A DNA stretch of 63,896 bases, filler included, from Octopus bimaculoides (taxonomy: Eukaryota): NCBI RefSeq assembly GCF_001194135.2. It is 9 parts of 9 records of this genome, joined end to end, with 100 filler letters (N's around TTAATTAATTAA, not from the genome) between each part and the next. Parts side by side here need not be neighbours in the genome. Positions count along the whole stretch, not along the records: positions 39,982 to 55,195 come from NC_068983.1; 8 more parts are not named here. One strand, written 5' to 3'. The notes under the pieces are model-generated. The model did no database searches, was not told the DNA's origin, and worked only from the letters and a program-made list of their open reading frames with translations. The position numbers and the translations under genes are program-made. This document shows, piece after piece, positions 40,412-51,939 of this stretch (positions within the stretch are counted from its first letter, which is position 1; each line of letters starts with the position of its first letter).

Positions 40412-41249
40412 CTGATAAGATGGTCCATAAATCAGAAACAAAAATACAAATAGAATCAGTGACAGTTAAAAATCTGCTTAGAATTAATTACTAGCCTGTA
40501 TGGTCTGGCTAAGTCAAAATGTTTTTTGTATTCTTCTTTTCTACTTGGAGAGTTTAGATGTAGTTATAAAAATATGTCCTGTTTAAATGTAATTTCATTA
40601 AATTTCTATATCTTTGTGCAGCTGAGGATTGTTCACATTGCTTAATTNNNNNNNNNNNNNNNNNNNNNNNNNNNNNNNNNNNNNNNNNNNNNNNNNNNNN
40701 NNNNNNNNNNNNNNNNNNNNNNNNNNNNNNNNNNNNNNNNNNNNNNNNNNNNNNNNNNNNNNNNNNNNNNNNNNNNNNNNNNNNNNNNNNNNNNNNNNNN
40801 NNNNNNNNNNNNNNNNNNNNNNNNNNNNNNNNNNNNNNNNNNNNNNNNNNNNNNNNNNNNNNNNNNNNNNNNNNNNNNNNNNNNNNNNNNNNNNNNNNNN
40901 NNNNNNNNNNNNNNNNNNNNNNNNNNNNNNNNNNNNNNNNNNNNNNNNNNNNNNNNNNNNNNNNNNNNNNNNNNNNNNNNNNNNNNNNNNNNNNNNNNNN
41001 NNNNNNNNNNNNNNNNNNNNNNNNNNNNNNNNNNNNNNNNNNNNNNNNNNNNNNNNNNNNNNNNNNNNNNNNNNNNNNNNNNNNNNNNNNNNNNNNNNNN
41101 NNNNNNNNNNNNNNNNNNNNNNNNNNNNNNNNNNNNNNNNNNNNNNNNNNNNNNNNNNNNNNNNNNNNNNNNNNNNNNNNNNNNNNNNNNNNNNNNNNNN
41201 NNNNNNNNATATATATATATATATATATAGTGAATCCAAACAAAGAAGA

Positions 41250-41400
41250 ACAAACAAGAACAAACAATAACGCGAGGGCATGGTACAAGTACTGTATTAT
41301 CAGACACTCAATAAAGGAAGGAAAGAGGATTTAATGTTTTGAGCAAAGCTCTTCTTCAGAAATAGAGGCAAGTCAAAGGGAAGAGAAGACAGAGGAAGAA
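41250..41400 (-). mobile_element. Penelope-type terminal repeat with a CpG-decayed minimal hammerhead (about 41330-41363)
   Basis: Minus strand TTT-CTGAAGA-A-GAGCTTTGCTC-AAAAC-ATT-AAA; restoring two CpG-to-CpA changes gives GAAAC-GTT. Confidence 0.55.
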
Positions 41401-41944
41401 AATTGCCAATGATACACACATGGTTACATTTTGAAATGACTGGAAGGGAATGGGCGAATAAAAAGTTCTTTCTAAGACAGGAGAGTGCAAGAGAAGGAGA
41501 TATGTGTGTGTATTTGTGGGTATGTGCATGCATGCAGGTCTCTGTGTGTGTGTGGCTTTGGCTGTTTATATGTGTGTGTGTGAGGGGACTTTGTGTTGCT
41601 TAATGTTGTAGGAAGAATTTATAGTAAGAATTTTTGGTAGGAGTAACTGTCTTTTGTGTGTCTCCCTTCACATGTGCATAGGAGAATGGTTAGTAGAAAG
41701 GTGTTTAACTTGTAGTTTGAGGTATGTGTGTGTGTGTATGTATATGCTGTGTGTGTTTGCATGTGCGTACATGTGTATGTGCGTGTGTGTGTGTATGTAT
41801 ATGCTGTGTGTGTTTGCATGTGCGTACATGTGTATGTGCGTGTGTGTGTGTGTGAACGAGGGGTTGTGTGTGGAGGTACATGTGCATTTTTTTGCGTATG
41901 TATGCGCTTGCATGTATGTGTGTGCATATATATGTGTATGTGAT

Positions 41945-43770
41945 GCCTGAAGATCCACCAGGTCAGATCAAATGTGTACAGATGGTGCCTGCACCACAGC
42001 GACCCAGAGCCACTGTCAACTGATATTTCCCAGAACCGTCAGGCGTCACATGCCCCTAATCCAAGCAGAGTAACAGAGCATTTTCAGGTAAAATGGCCTG
42101 AAGCTAACAAGGAATGGTACCAGTTTTATATGGATGTTAACCACATCTTGGAAGCAATAACCAAGAGGGATGCCATTCATTGCCTTCAGACAATGACTAC
42201 TATAACCAGTCTAGCAGCTTAGAGACTTGGACAGGAAGAGAGAAAAAAATATGAAGTCTCCCTATATTATGAGTAACAGAGCTGGGGACTGACGAACCAG
42301 ATGGCCACACCAGACTCCAATCTGATCCAGCTGTAGAAACTCTCCCAAATCAGATTGGAGTCTGGTGTAGCCATCTGGTTCGCCAGTCTCCAGTCAAATC
42401 ATGCAACCCATGCTAGCATGGAAAGCGGACGTTAAATGATAATGATGATGATGATGAGAGCTAACAAAATCCACTAACTCAGGAAGGAGCTTAAGACCTT
42501 GAGATGACAGTTCAAAGAGGTGAGGGAGGAGTACAGGAGAGCTCTAGTGAACATGTAGAATATATTGTGCTGGAAGCTTGTAACATTGAGGAGGGCTAAT
42601 GGGGCAGAGGAGACAGCAGAAAGAGAAAGTCAAGAAGTGAATTAGCATTTTAGCTAACAGATGAAAGTTTACAAAACAACTGCTGGAGAAGAAACATAGT
42701 AGTCAATTCACCTGGTCCAAAGGTTAGTTCAGCATTCACTTCAGAGCCACCTTCAGTTCTGATTCCAGGGACCAAGACCTAAGACGCTGCTGGCCCTTCA
42801 TTAACCCATGTGCACCAACCATAGAATTTGATAGGAAGGAGTTCAGTTGCAATATGGTCCAAAAGAGCATGCTTTCAGGGCTGAGTGGAGTATCTTACAA
42901 GGTAAGTAATTCCCAAGGGTACTTCACATGTTATGGAAGGTCCTGAGAGTGATCTGGAAAAGAGGCAAGGTTGACTCAACTGTGGAGGTATGCAGAAGGG
43001 TGTGGATTCCATAGAAAGAGTAATGGTCTATCAGTCAGTTAGGAATAATTTTGTTATTCAGTGTTGAGGGGAAGGTATTCTACAGTATCGTTGCTAGTCA
43101 CTTGGGAAACTATCTTCTGAGGAATCACTACATCAATACCTCAGTTTAGAAAAGAGATATTGCAATGGTATGAGAGTGTCTGGAGCACTTGGTGTCTGAG
43201 GAAAGGAACTCTGGAGCACATCCTTAGTAGCTGTTCAAAAGCTCTGAGAGAGGGATGCTATTGCTGGAGGCATGATCAGGTTTGGAAGTTCTTAGCAGAC
43301 ACCATCTGATGTGAGACTAGCCATTGCAAGCAATTCCACCTTACAAAGAAGTTTATTGCCTTTGTCAGGGCTGGTGTGAAGAAGGTGCCAGCTGTTAGGT
43401 CTACTTTTTTAGCCTTCATGCAACAGCAGAAAACGGAGCTAAAAGTTGAACTGAAAGAAGCAGAATTTCCCCAAAACTATTGTTTCAATATCACAAAGTT
43501 CACATATTATGCTGATCTCAGAAATATCCAAGCAGGTGGTTCTGTTAAAACTCTCCATTCCCTGGGATGTCTGCATCAAGGAAGCAAATGAGAGAAGGAA
43601 ATATGCTGAGCTGGTGGAGCTGTGCCAAAGCCATATGTGGCAGGCAAGGTGTGATCCCATTGAGGATGGATGCAGAGGCTTGCAGGCTAGTCCCTCTAAG
43701 TAGGCAGAAGACCATCAGGTTGGCTGTAGAAACTGCAGAGGTGGCTTTGGATCAGGAGATATGAGCCCTA
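41945..43770 (+). mobile_element. HERO-like (R2 superfamily, RLE-encoding) non-LTR retrotransposon, decayed and internally deleted
   Basis: LKIHQ zinc-finger remnant, VKWPEANKEW, RT start SVEGKVFYSIVASHL..CLEH, and RLE region KQVVLLKLSIPW..EANER..KYAELVELC..WQARCDPIEDGCRG. Confidence 0.8.
42284..42456 (+). mobile_element. 5'-truncated (ATG)n-tailed retroposon with a fold-back 5' end, inserted into the HERO element
   Basis: AGAGCT TSD at 42278-42283 and 42457-42462. 3' end matches the family at 51940-52260. Confidence 0.85.
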
Positions 43771-43779
43771 AAAGGGGCA

Positions 43780-44030
43780 GTGCTAACTATTTCCATTACT
43801 CCAGTTCACTCAGCTGTAGAAACGAGTTGCAACGTCACTGGTGACAAGCTGTGTCAGCCTTTGCCTTTCCCTTAGATAACATCAGTGGCATGGAGAGGGG
43901 AGGCTGGTATACATGGGTAACTGCTGGTTTTCCATTAAAAAACAATCTTACCCAGACTTGTACCTCAGAAGAGAACTTTCTAGGTGCAATCCCATGGTCA
44001 TTCATGACCTATGGTGGTCTTTATATATAT
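43780..44030 (+). mobile_element. SINE body/3' part
   Basis: ccagttcactcagctg..gtggcatggagaggggaggctgg..aggtgcaatcccatggtcattcatgacc, recalled as an octopus SINE segment. Confidence 0.45.
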
Positions 44031-44907
44031 ATATACACACTCACATATGAAGAAAAGAAGTTGGAAATGCAATTTACAGAAATTTATTTACATTTGCTCA
44101 ACTGTTTTCACAATTTTCCTGATTTTCAAAAGTGAAGTCTGCAGCTGTGTCACAGATTATTTGTTTGGCAGTTTTTCATATTTGATACACAGTGTTAGCT
44201 GTTTGAGTTAATACTTGGTTTCTATATGCTTCTTTGGTTTGGTGATTTTAGAAAAGTCTTATATCAGAGCTGAGCAACCTTGCTGGATTAGCAACCTAAT
44301 GATCTGCCGATGATAGCAAATGCACATGCATGCACGTGCACGTGCGCACACACACACACTTACACACACACACACACACACTTACATCCTCCTATACAAG
44401 CCTGACACTCTCATATGCATACACATGCAGTGCTCAGTTCCATTGACCACTCCTACCATATGTACACAATCTGCTTAAAACAGATTTTTCTCAAACACAT
44501 CCGACTAATACCATAGTTACACACTCATACACATACACACAAACATACACACACACACATGCATACACATACATGTACACAAGTGCACTCACACACACAT
44601 GCACATGTACACACACCCCAGTTTAATGTTCTCCAATATCAGTCTTTTGTATTAAAATAACAATCATGCTCTCTACTTCCTCTCAGAGGTCAAACAAGTA
44701 AATTGAATCCTACATGCTTTTTTCTTCTCTTCTACCCCTTCCCCGTTTTCTTCTGATCTTTCCTCTTGTTTCCCAAAAAGGACTGCCAGAAACAAAATAC
44801 CCTCCACTCTTTCCATTCTTGTTTGAGTGTCATCTCTTGCACTTTCATCATTAGATCTTGTTTTTCGTGTTTGTATTTTACTGTGTGTGTGTGTGTGCAT
44901 ATGCATG

Positions 44908-44970
<63 letters not shown>

Positions 44971-44977
44971 GTATATA

Positions 44978-45230
44978 TCATCATCATCGTCGTCGTCGTC
45001 GTATTCATCATCATCATCATCATCATCATCATTTAGTGTCTGTTTTCCATGCTGATATGGGTCAAGTAGTTTGAGTGGAACTGGTAAGCCAGAGAGCTAT
45101 ACCAGGCTCCTTTCTGTTTTGGCTTGGTTTCTACAGCTTGATGCCCTTCCTAATGCAAACCCCTTTACAGTGTATGTGGGGTATCTTTTACATGATACTG
45201 GTACTGGTGAGGTTGCCTAATAACTTGCAA
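44978..45230 (-). mobile_element. (ATG)n-tailed retroposon 3' end, diverged
   Basis: catcatcatttagtgtctgttttccatgctg..tttctacagcttgatgcccttcctaatgc matches 51950-52100. Confidence 0.7.
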
Positions 45231-46269
45231 GAGAAAAAAAAGAAAAGTAAAAAAGTCCCTTCAACTGACTGGGAATGTATTTAAGAGAGGGAGAGCTGGC
45301 TTTATGCCATGTATTGAAAAACTAAAGTATGATTGAGAAACAAGCACAGGTGTCTTGCTATGGAGGAGGTACATGACTACCTCCAGTTATGTAAAGGTGG
45401 GTTACAGTAGCTGGAAAGAAGGTAAAGATGGTGGTGATGAGATGCCAGAGTGAACACTCAAAGTAAAAGAAGATAAGGAGAAAGGAGAAGGTGGATAATT
45501 ACATAAGAGTGTGAGAGGAAAGTGGCAGATGGTTAGATATGGGGTAGTGGTGAGTGAACAAGTAAGTGTTGATATGCGGTTGATAGAAAATATTAGTATG
45601 GAGGTTTTGAGGTGGCTCAGGAGGGTGACATGTGATTGCACAGCAAGGGAGGAGAGCAGTAATATCATAAAGTAGATAAATGAGAACGTAAGTAGGTGAT
45701 GTGTAGGGTGTGAGAGTGGGGAAGGTGGAGGTGTACAGTGCCAGAGTGTTGATAGTTATAGCAGATATGAGGGGTGTTGAAGAAGGTATGGCAGACCTAT
45801 GATGTCGCTCAGAGGAGAGGGAAAGATAACTAAAGGCACAGAAAGTGGTGGCAGTAGGATCAATGAAAAATAGTGTGGCGAGGTGGGGAAGGATGATATT
45901 GAGAATGAGGGATGGAGGTTAAGAGGAAGTGACACCATGGGGAAGAAGGAGGTAAGTGATAGTGCAAAAGGGAGAAAAAAATAATTACCTATTCTGTATT
46001 CAAATGGGCACAGATGCTGAGTAGTGAACATAGAAAAATGATAGGAGGGATAGGTGATGGGGAAGATTTGGTACAGGGACAGGGCCCAGCGTGTATAGGT
46101 ACAATCTTGCTTTTAAAACCTCACTTTTGTCTTCTGGAACAAAGTGAATTGTCAATCATTTCAGTCCTTTGTCATCTCCTTTGTGAGGCTAAACCACTTG
46201 AAACCAACCTTCACTACTTCATCTCATGTTTTCATGAATCTCCCTTTTTCATAAATTCCATCCACTTTA

Positions 46270-46740
46270 AGCACTGACGTCATCCATTCACATTACGTGA
46301 CCAAACCAATGCAGTCTTCTTTTCATTTGATTCCTCTTATGCCTAATTTTTTTCTCAGTACATTTACACTTTGTTGTTCATGTGAACTGATGTTGCTAGT
46401 ATGCTCCAGTAGTCTATGTATGTCTACATTCCGGGGACCCATTGTTTTTCATATACTACTGCTTTTCACTCTAAGTGAGAGACCATTTGTTGCCAACAAA
46501 GTTAATTATTCTCTGAACTATCACCATCCTGTTTTTATTCTAGCAACTATACTTTCATCTGTTCTCCGCCACTGCTTATTAGGTTGCAGAAGTTATCTGC
46601 TATCTCTTGGGAACCTCCTGAACTTTTGAGAAAATCTCTTTCCTGTGTCCCCTCAGTGTTTACTGCTCCTTCCCAATAACTACTTTCTCTTTTAAGCTTT
46701 TTGTAATTCCACCACACCTCTACTGCGTTCATAACTTGCA
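46270..46740 (-). mobile_element. RTE LINE ORF2 C-terminal fragment
   Basis: Minus strand EIADNFCNLISSGG and SVNVLRKKLGIRGI..RRLHWFGHV. Confidence 0.6.
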
Positions 46741-46759
46741 CTGTGTACATCATATATTT

Positions 46760-46980
46760 ATTTCTTTATTGCCCACAATAGGCTAAACATAGAGGGGACA
46801 GAAAAAGGGATTAAGTCAATTACATTGACCCCAGTGTGTAGCTGGTACTTATTTAATTGACCCCGAAAGGATGAAAGGCAAAGTTGACATTGGAGGAATT
46901 TGAACTCAGAATGTAACGGCAGATGAAATGCTGCAGAGCATTTTGCCTGGTGTACTGATGATTCTGCCAGCTCGCCACCC
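46760..46980 (-). mobile_element. Full-length SINE of the 15 kb family, with CpG decay
   Basis: Head GGTGGCGAGCTGGCAGAAT, B box GAGTTCAAATTCC, tail GGGCAATAAAGAAATA. Confidence 0.85.
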
Positions 46981-46984
46981 TATG

Positions 46985-47663
46985 GCTTTTTCTAAATTAA
47001 CCCTCATTGCTGTTCAGGTCACCGAATAGTGACTGGTGATGAGAAGTGGGTTCTCTATAAAAATGTTAAGTGTCAAAGATAGTGGGTAGGGAAAGGAGAA
47101 ACACTGGCACCCCAGGCTAAAGAAGCTCTTCACCCACATAAGGTGTTGCTATTTTTTTGGATGGGATATGAAAGGTTTAGTCCACTTTGAACTTTTAAGC
47201 CCAAACCAAACAATAACAAAGGAGGTCTACTGTGAACAGCTTAAGTCAGCGCTAGAAGAAAAATGACCATCTTTGGTTTCAAGACGAAAGGTGTTCTTCC
47301 ATCAGGACAATGCTCGGCCACATACAGTAGGATGACATTCCAAAGGCTGGAGCAGTTTGAATGGGAAATGATGCTCCACCCACCATATTCGCTAGACATT
47401 GCCCCATCTGATTATCATTTATTCTGCAGTCTTCAAGACAAATATGAATTCTGTAGACAAGGTTAGACCAGTACTGGAGGAGTTTTTTTCAACATAGATA
47501 AAGAAATTTTGGAAAAGGAGCCTTGCAAGCCTACTAGATAGGTGGAAGAGCATTGTAGAAAATGAAGGAGATTATATTTTAGATTAAAAAAGAACTTTGT
47601 TTATCTTAACTTTGAAAAATAAAAGAGGTATAAAAACCATATTATTTATGGAACTACCCATTA
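46985..47663 (+). mobile_element. mariner (DD34D) transposase remnant, catalytic region to 3' TIR
   Basis: RIVTGDEKW, HQDNARPH and YSLDIAPSDYHLF. Restoring one base gives exactly 34 residues between the second and third Asp. Confidence 0.9.
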
Positions 47664-47839
47664 GAATTCCTACCTACACCTTCCCTACATACTGAACAGG
47701 GCTATTTACCAGATGAGATTAGTGTCCTGCTTGTTTCCCTGTTTATATAGCTTATATCATCATCATCATCATCATTATTATCATCGTTTAATGTCAATGT
47801 TCCTTGATGGCATGGTTCCTCATCAGTACATTGCCAAGC

Positions 47840-47997
47840 TAGACAACCAAAACACATCTATACTTGCTAAAGTGTGACCACTAGTGATGGCAAGGTTATG
47901 CCTCCATTCATCTTCCCACATGGCCTCAGACTCAACACAGAAGCTTACATCAGGTGCCTGGAGGAGGTAGCGCTACCCTGAATCAAGAGGGTGGCAC
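47840..47997 (+). mobile_element. Fragment of a second Tc1/mariner-superfamily transposase (maT/DD37D-like)
   Basis: VTTSDGKVMPPFIFPHGLRLNTEAYIRCLEEVALP*IKRVA. Confidence 0.6.
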
Positions 47998-48003
47998 ATT
48001 TAC

Positions 48004-48162
48004 CTTATTTACATTATTTACATTTGACGGATATTTGTCTGCATCTTGTTTGTTGTTAACACAGCGTTTCGGCTGATATACCCTCAAGCCTTCATCAGGT
48101 GTCTTGGGGAAATTTCGAACCTGGGTTCGCATTCCTAAGGTATTTTTTGATGTTATTATTAT
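48004..48162 (-). mobile_element. Hammerhead-bearing repeat module, inverted copy
   Basis: ACAC-CTGATGA-A-GGCTTGAGGGTATATCAGCC-GAAAC-GCT-GTGT: core and helices I and II present, cleavage triplet altered (GTT expected). Confidence 0.8.
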
Positions 48163-48164
48163 AT

Positions 48165-48243
48165 GCCGACAGGCAATATAGCATAGTGGTTAAGAGTACT
48201 AGCTACTAACCCCAAGATTCCGAGTTTGATTCCAGCAGTGACC

Positions 48244-48283
<40 letters not shown>

Positions 48284-48448
48284 TAATAATAATAATAATT
48301 ACAACATTGAAAAATACCTTAGAAATGAGAACCCAGGTTTGAAATTTCCCCAAGACCTGGTGAAGGCTGGAGGGTATATCAGCTGAAACATGTTAACAAC
48401 AAACAAGATGAGGACAAATATCCATCAAATGTAAATAATGTAAATAAG
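48165..48448 (+). mobile_element. Composite SINE-like unit: tRNA-like head, (AAT)n, then a decayed hammerhead module
   Basis: A box TAGCATAGTGG at 48179-48189, B-box-like GAGTTTGATTCC at 48222-48233. 48303-48448 is roughly 88% identical to the reverse complement of 48004-48155. Confidence 0.75.
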
Positions 48449-49162
48449 ATAAATAATTTAAATATTGTAGAAAGTTGAAAGGGTAGTAATTCTAAATAAA
48501 ATTTGACACAAAATGGAGGGCACTCTACTTTCCTCTCATTTGACAACTTTTCTAATGATGCCAATTGAAAATATTATACATCTGGTACAGTCTATAAAGT
48601 AGTTAGTGATAGGAAGGGTATCCACCCACAAAAAAAAAAACGCCCCCAAAATGGAATGTTTAGGTGAAGCATAAACTCAGCAAGCTGCATTGCAGACAAC
48701 TGTCTAAGAAACCAGTTAACCTCATAAAAGAGCTAAGGAAGAGTGAAAGCTCAGGAAAGAAAAGAATAGCTATGGAGCCTGATTTCAGAAAGTGACAGTC
48801 ATGGATGATGGTGTAGCTGAATCACGGAATTGAATGTGAGGGAGGAAAACACCAATCTCCTAGTCAACATGTAAGTGATAGGAGTACAGTTGTCTTGTTG
48901 GTGGCTAAGGATTGGATAAATGCAGTATTCATGACAGACATAACAACAATGCCACACATTTTCTTACACTTGAACTCACAGTAATAACAAGCACAACAGA
49001 AGTGTCATATCATATTAACGATTTTTAACACCAACAACAAAGACAGTATCAGAATTTAGATAGAACTTTTGGCAATAGCGAAATGAACAAATCCAAAATG
49101 AAGAGCCTGCTTAATAGATATTTTCTGAAGAAATACTATGAAAAGCCATTTTGACTACTTAC

Positions 49163-49331
49163 TGAGTACTCCATCGACAGCAGCGGCACTGAGATACAGA
49201 AGGACAAGTATTCCGTTGAGCAATACCAGGTACTGACTTGCCTGGCTCCCGGTTATTAGTCTGCTTTCTTCTAGAGGTATGTCCATGATGATTATCAAAG
49301 CTCCTATGAGGAATATGTTGCTTGCGACGGG
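49163..49331 (-). CDS. Next coding exon (169 nt, phase 1 to phase 2): (T)RRKQHIPHRSFDNHHGHTSRRKQTNNREPGKSVPGIAQRNTCPSVSQCRCCRWST
   Basis: Acceptor ttttcttttgcaaaAG and donor CTCA|GTAAGT. Open in the phase left by the 1980-nt exon, with the same H/R/N/Q composition, ending in a 4-Cys cluster. Confidence 0.6.
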
Positions 49332-50329
49332 CTTTTGCAAAAGAAAATTTTAAGAATGTCTGCTATATTATCATAAAATATATCATAAAGGAATAACAAG
49401 AATTGGAAGAACAAATTAAGAAGCATCTATTATTTCAATTGGCAAATTTTCCTGGAAACTTAACCTGCAAATATTTCTATTTTATTGATAAGCAGGGAAA
49501 TTCCTATTGTCTATTTCTAATGATGCTGTAATTTGTATTGTACCATGTAAAAAGAAGCATGAAACATAATTATGCATTGAGGGAAAATAAAATTCATGCT
49601 TAATATCATTTCCAGATTTTTCAGGGCTGCATTTCCATACATGTTTCTATCTTATAACCACTTCAGCAAAGCAAAGATCTCACTGTACTTGTTGAAGTTG
49701 TGATGAGATAATTATTTATTCTCTTACTTAAAATAAGATTTATTCCTTGTAGAGAAGTATTTGTTTCCTATAAATCTAGAGCTTCAGAGGTTGGAGATAA
49801 ATATCAACCATTTTTATTCATCTTAGTTTGAGAATTGAAGAAAAATTGTACATGATGTATAACTTTCATTGAGAGATTCTAACTACATTTTAACCAAATA
49901 TATTATCAAGAAAAAAATTAAAAAGTTTATGAAAGCTCATTAACACATAACACATAACGAGCAGAAAATGTCTGCTATTGTTACCTCTGATAATATGCTG
50001 TAAAGTGTAAAAGTTGTGCGAATGTGGAGATTTAGAATTGAACAGTGGTTTAAAATGGTTTTCGATAGATCTAATGTTCACTTTCAAATAACTCAAAATT
50101 TGCAATACATTTTGAAATGTAATGTGACACATATATATATATATATAAATATGTTTGTGTTTACATTGTATTGTATTGTGTGTGTGTGTGCATGCACAAG
50201 GGGTGTTCATTAAAGATTTCCCCAGATCTTTACCCTTTGAACGGCACATCGAGAAATTAATTTTTTGTAACTAAACACTTTCAAACTTCAGACACTGATA
50301 GAATGTGTCATATAAAACATCTTTTACTC

Positions 50330-50735
50330 TTCTTTTATCTTTTACTTTTTCCAGTCAATAAACTGCAACCATGCTGGGGAACTGCTTTGGAGGATTTTAG
50401 TTGAATGAATTAACCCCTTTTTTTAAAGTGCTGGTATTTATTCTATTGGTCTGTTTTGCTGAACTGCTAAGTTACAGGGGACATAGACACACCAGCACTG
50501 GTTGCCAAACAGTGGGGGAACTCATACAAAGTCACACACACACACACACACACACACGCAAACACACACACACACGCACACATGACAGGCATCTTTCAGT
50601 TTCCATCTATCAAATCCACTCACAAGGCTTTGGTTGACGCAAGGCTATAGTAGAAAACACTTGCCCAAGGTGCCACACGGTGGGATTCAACACAGAACCA
50701 TGTGATTGGGAAGCAAACTTCTTATCAGCCATGCT
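50330..50735 (-). mobile_element. Near full-length SINE of the ACCTTGGGCAAG family
   Basis: Head, core, internal (CA)n and 3' end all present on the minus strand. Confidence 0.85.
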
Positions 50736-50944
50736 TTACATATACCACTAGGTCATAATCATGATGTGTTGCTTTTTGCAAGTGCTCTACACAATACTTT
50801 ATACACTGTGAGTCACAATGTACTAAGTTACTGTCCTATTTAAAAATTATTTTACACTGGTGTTTGTGTATACAAGCTTACTGTTCTGCCTTATTGTTTT
50901 GTACAGTTTGTGCACTTATTGAACATATTGACTGTGTATACACT

Positions 50945-51351
50945 GTTGTTGTTGGCACTCCGTCGCTTATGATGTTGAGGGTTCCAGTTGATCCGATCAA
51001 CGGAACAGCCTGCTCATGAAATTAACGTGCAAGTGGCTGAGCACTCCACAGACACGTGTACCCTTAACGTAGCTCTCGGGGATATTCAGCGTGACACAAT
51101 GTGACAAGGCTGACCCTTTGAATTACAGGTACAACAGAAACAGGAAGTAAGAGTGAGAGAAAGTTGTGGTGGAAGAGTACAGCAGGGTTCGCCACCATCC
51201 CCTGCCAGAGCCTCGTGGAGCTTTAGGTGTTTTTGCTCAATAAACACTCACAACGCCCGGTCTGGGAATCGAAACCACGATCCTATGACCGCGAGTCCGC
51301 TGCCCTAACCACTGGGCCATCCCTAACCACTGGGCCATTGCGCCTCCACAG
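50945..51351 (-). mobile_element. Young full-length tRNA-derived SINE (OK-like) with a 12-bp TSD
   Basis: TSD TGTGTATACACT at 50933-50944 and 51352-51363; head GTGGAGGCGCAATGGCCCAGTGG, B box GGTTTCGATTCCC, (CAA)n tail; CpGs largely retained. Confidence 0.9.
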
Positions 51352-51939
51352 TGTGTATACACTACATATACTATATATACTATATAAACTATGCTGCTAC
51401 ACATTGCAGTTAATGCACATTGTTCACTGCTTTATTTTCATTATTTCAACTCTCTGCTTCCCCCACCCTCCATGTTATTCCATTACACTTGCCTGACATC
51501 TTTAAAATTTTGTTTTTTCTTTTAATTCTAATCACTCCATAAAGTTCATCCATTATTTTCCTTACACCATGTTTACTTCCTCCTCCTGTGAGTGCATGTT
51601 ATGTTTTTTCTGCAGTTATTCTTTTGCCCATTGCCCTACCGTTACACTCCACACTTAATTCTTCTGACTTTACTCTCACCACCTCTATTAGTATTCACAT
51701 ATATTCACTCTTATAGAATTTTGCCATCCATCCTCCTCACCTTACCTCCCCCAACCTTGTTTCTCTCTGGTTCTGCAATTCAGAGAAAAGAAAAAAAAAA
51801 AAAGAAAAACAAGAAAACAAATTTCATTCAGTAAATGTTAACAAAGACTTTTGTGAAGTGGCTGTGTCTGTGTGTTTTGACAAACTTACTGAAAATTTAA
51901 AATTCTTCTGATAACTGCATAATATAGTAAATGTATCAC

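Noticed and set aside
41730-41850. 57-bp tandem duplication
   Set aside because: Lies within degenerate (TG) microsatellite; ordinary slippage.
49155-49340. Hydrophobic two-helix ORF MQKPVASNIFLIG... as a membrane protein exon
   Set aside because: It is the phase-0 reading of the 169-nt exon. The upstream exon leaves phase 1, whose product matches its composition. Not fully excluded without cDNA.
48165-51349. tRNA genes at the SINE heads
   Set aside because: A and B boxes are present but there is no complete cloverleaf, and they run into SINE bodies.
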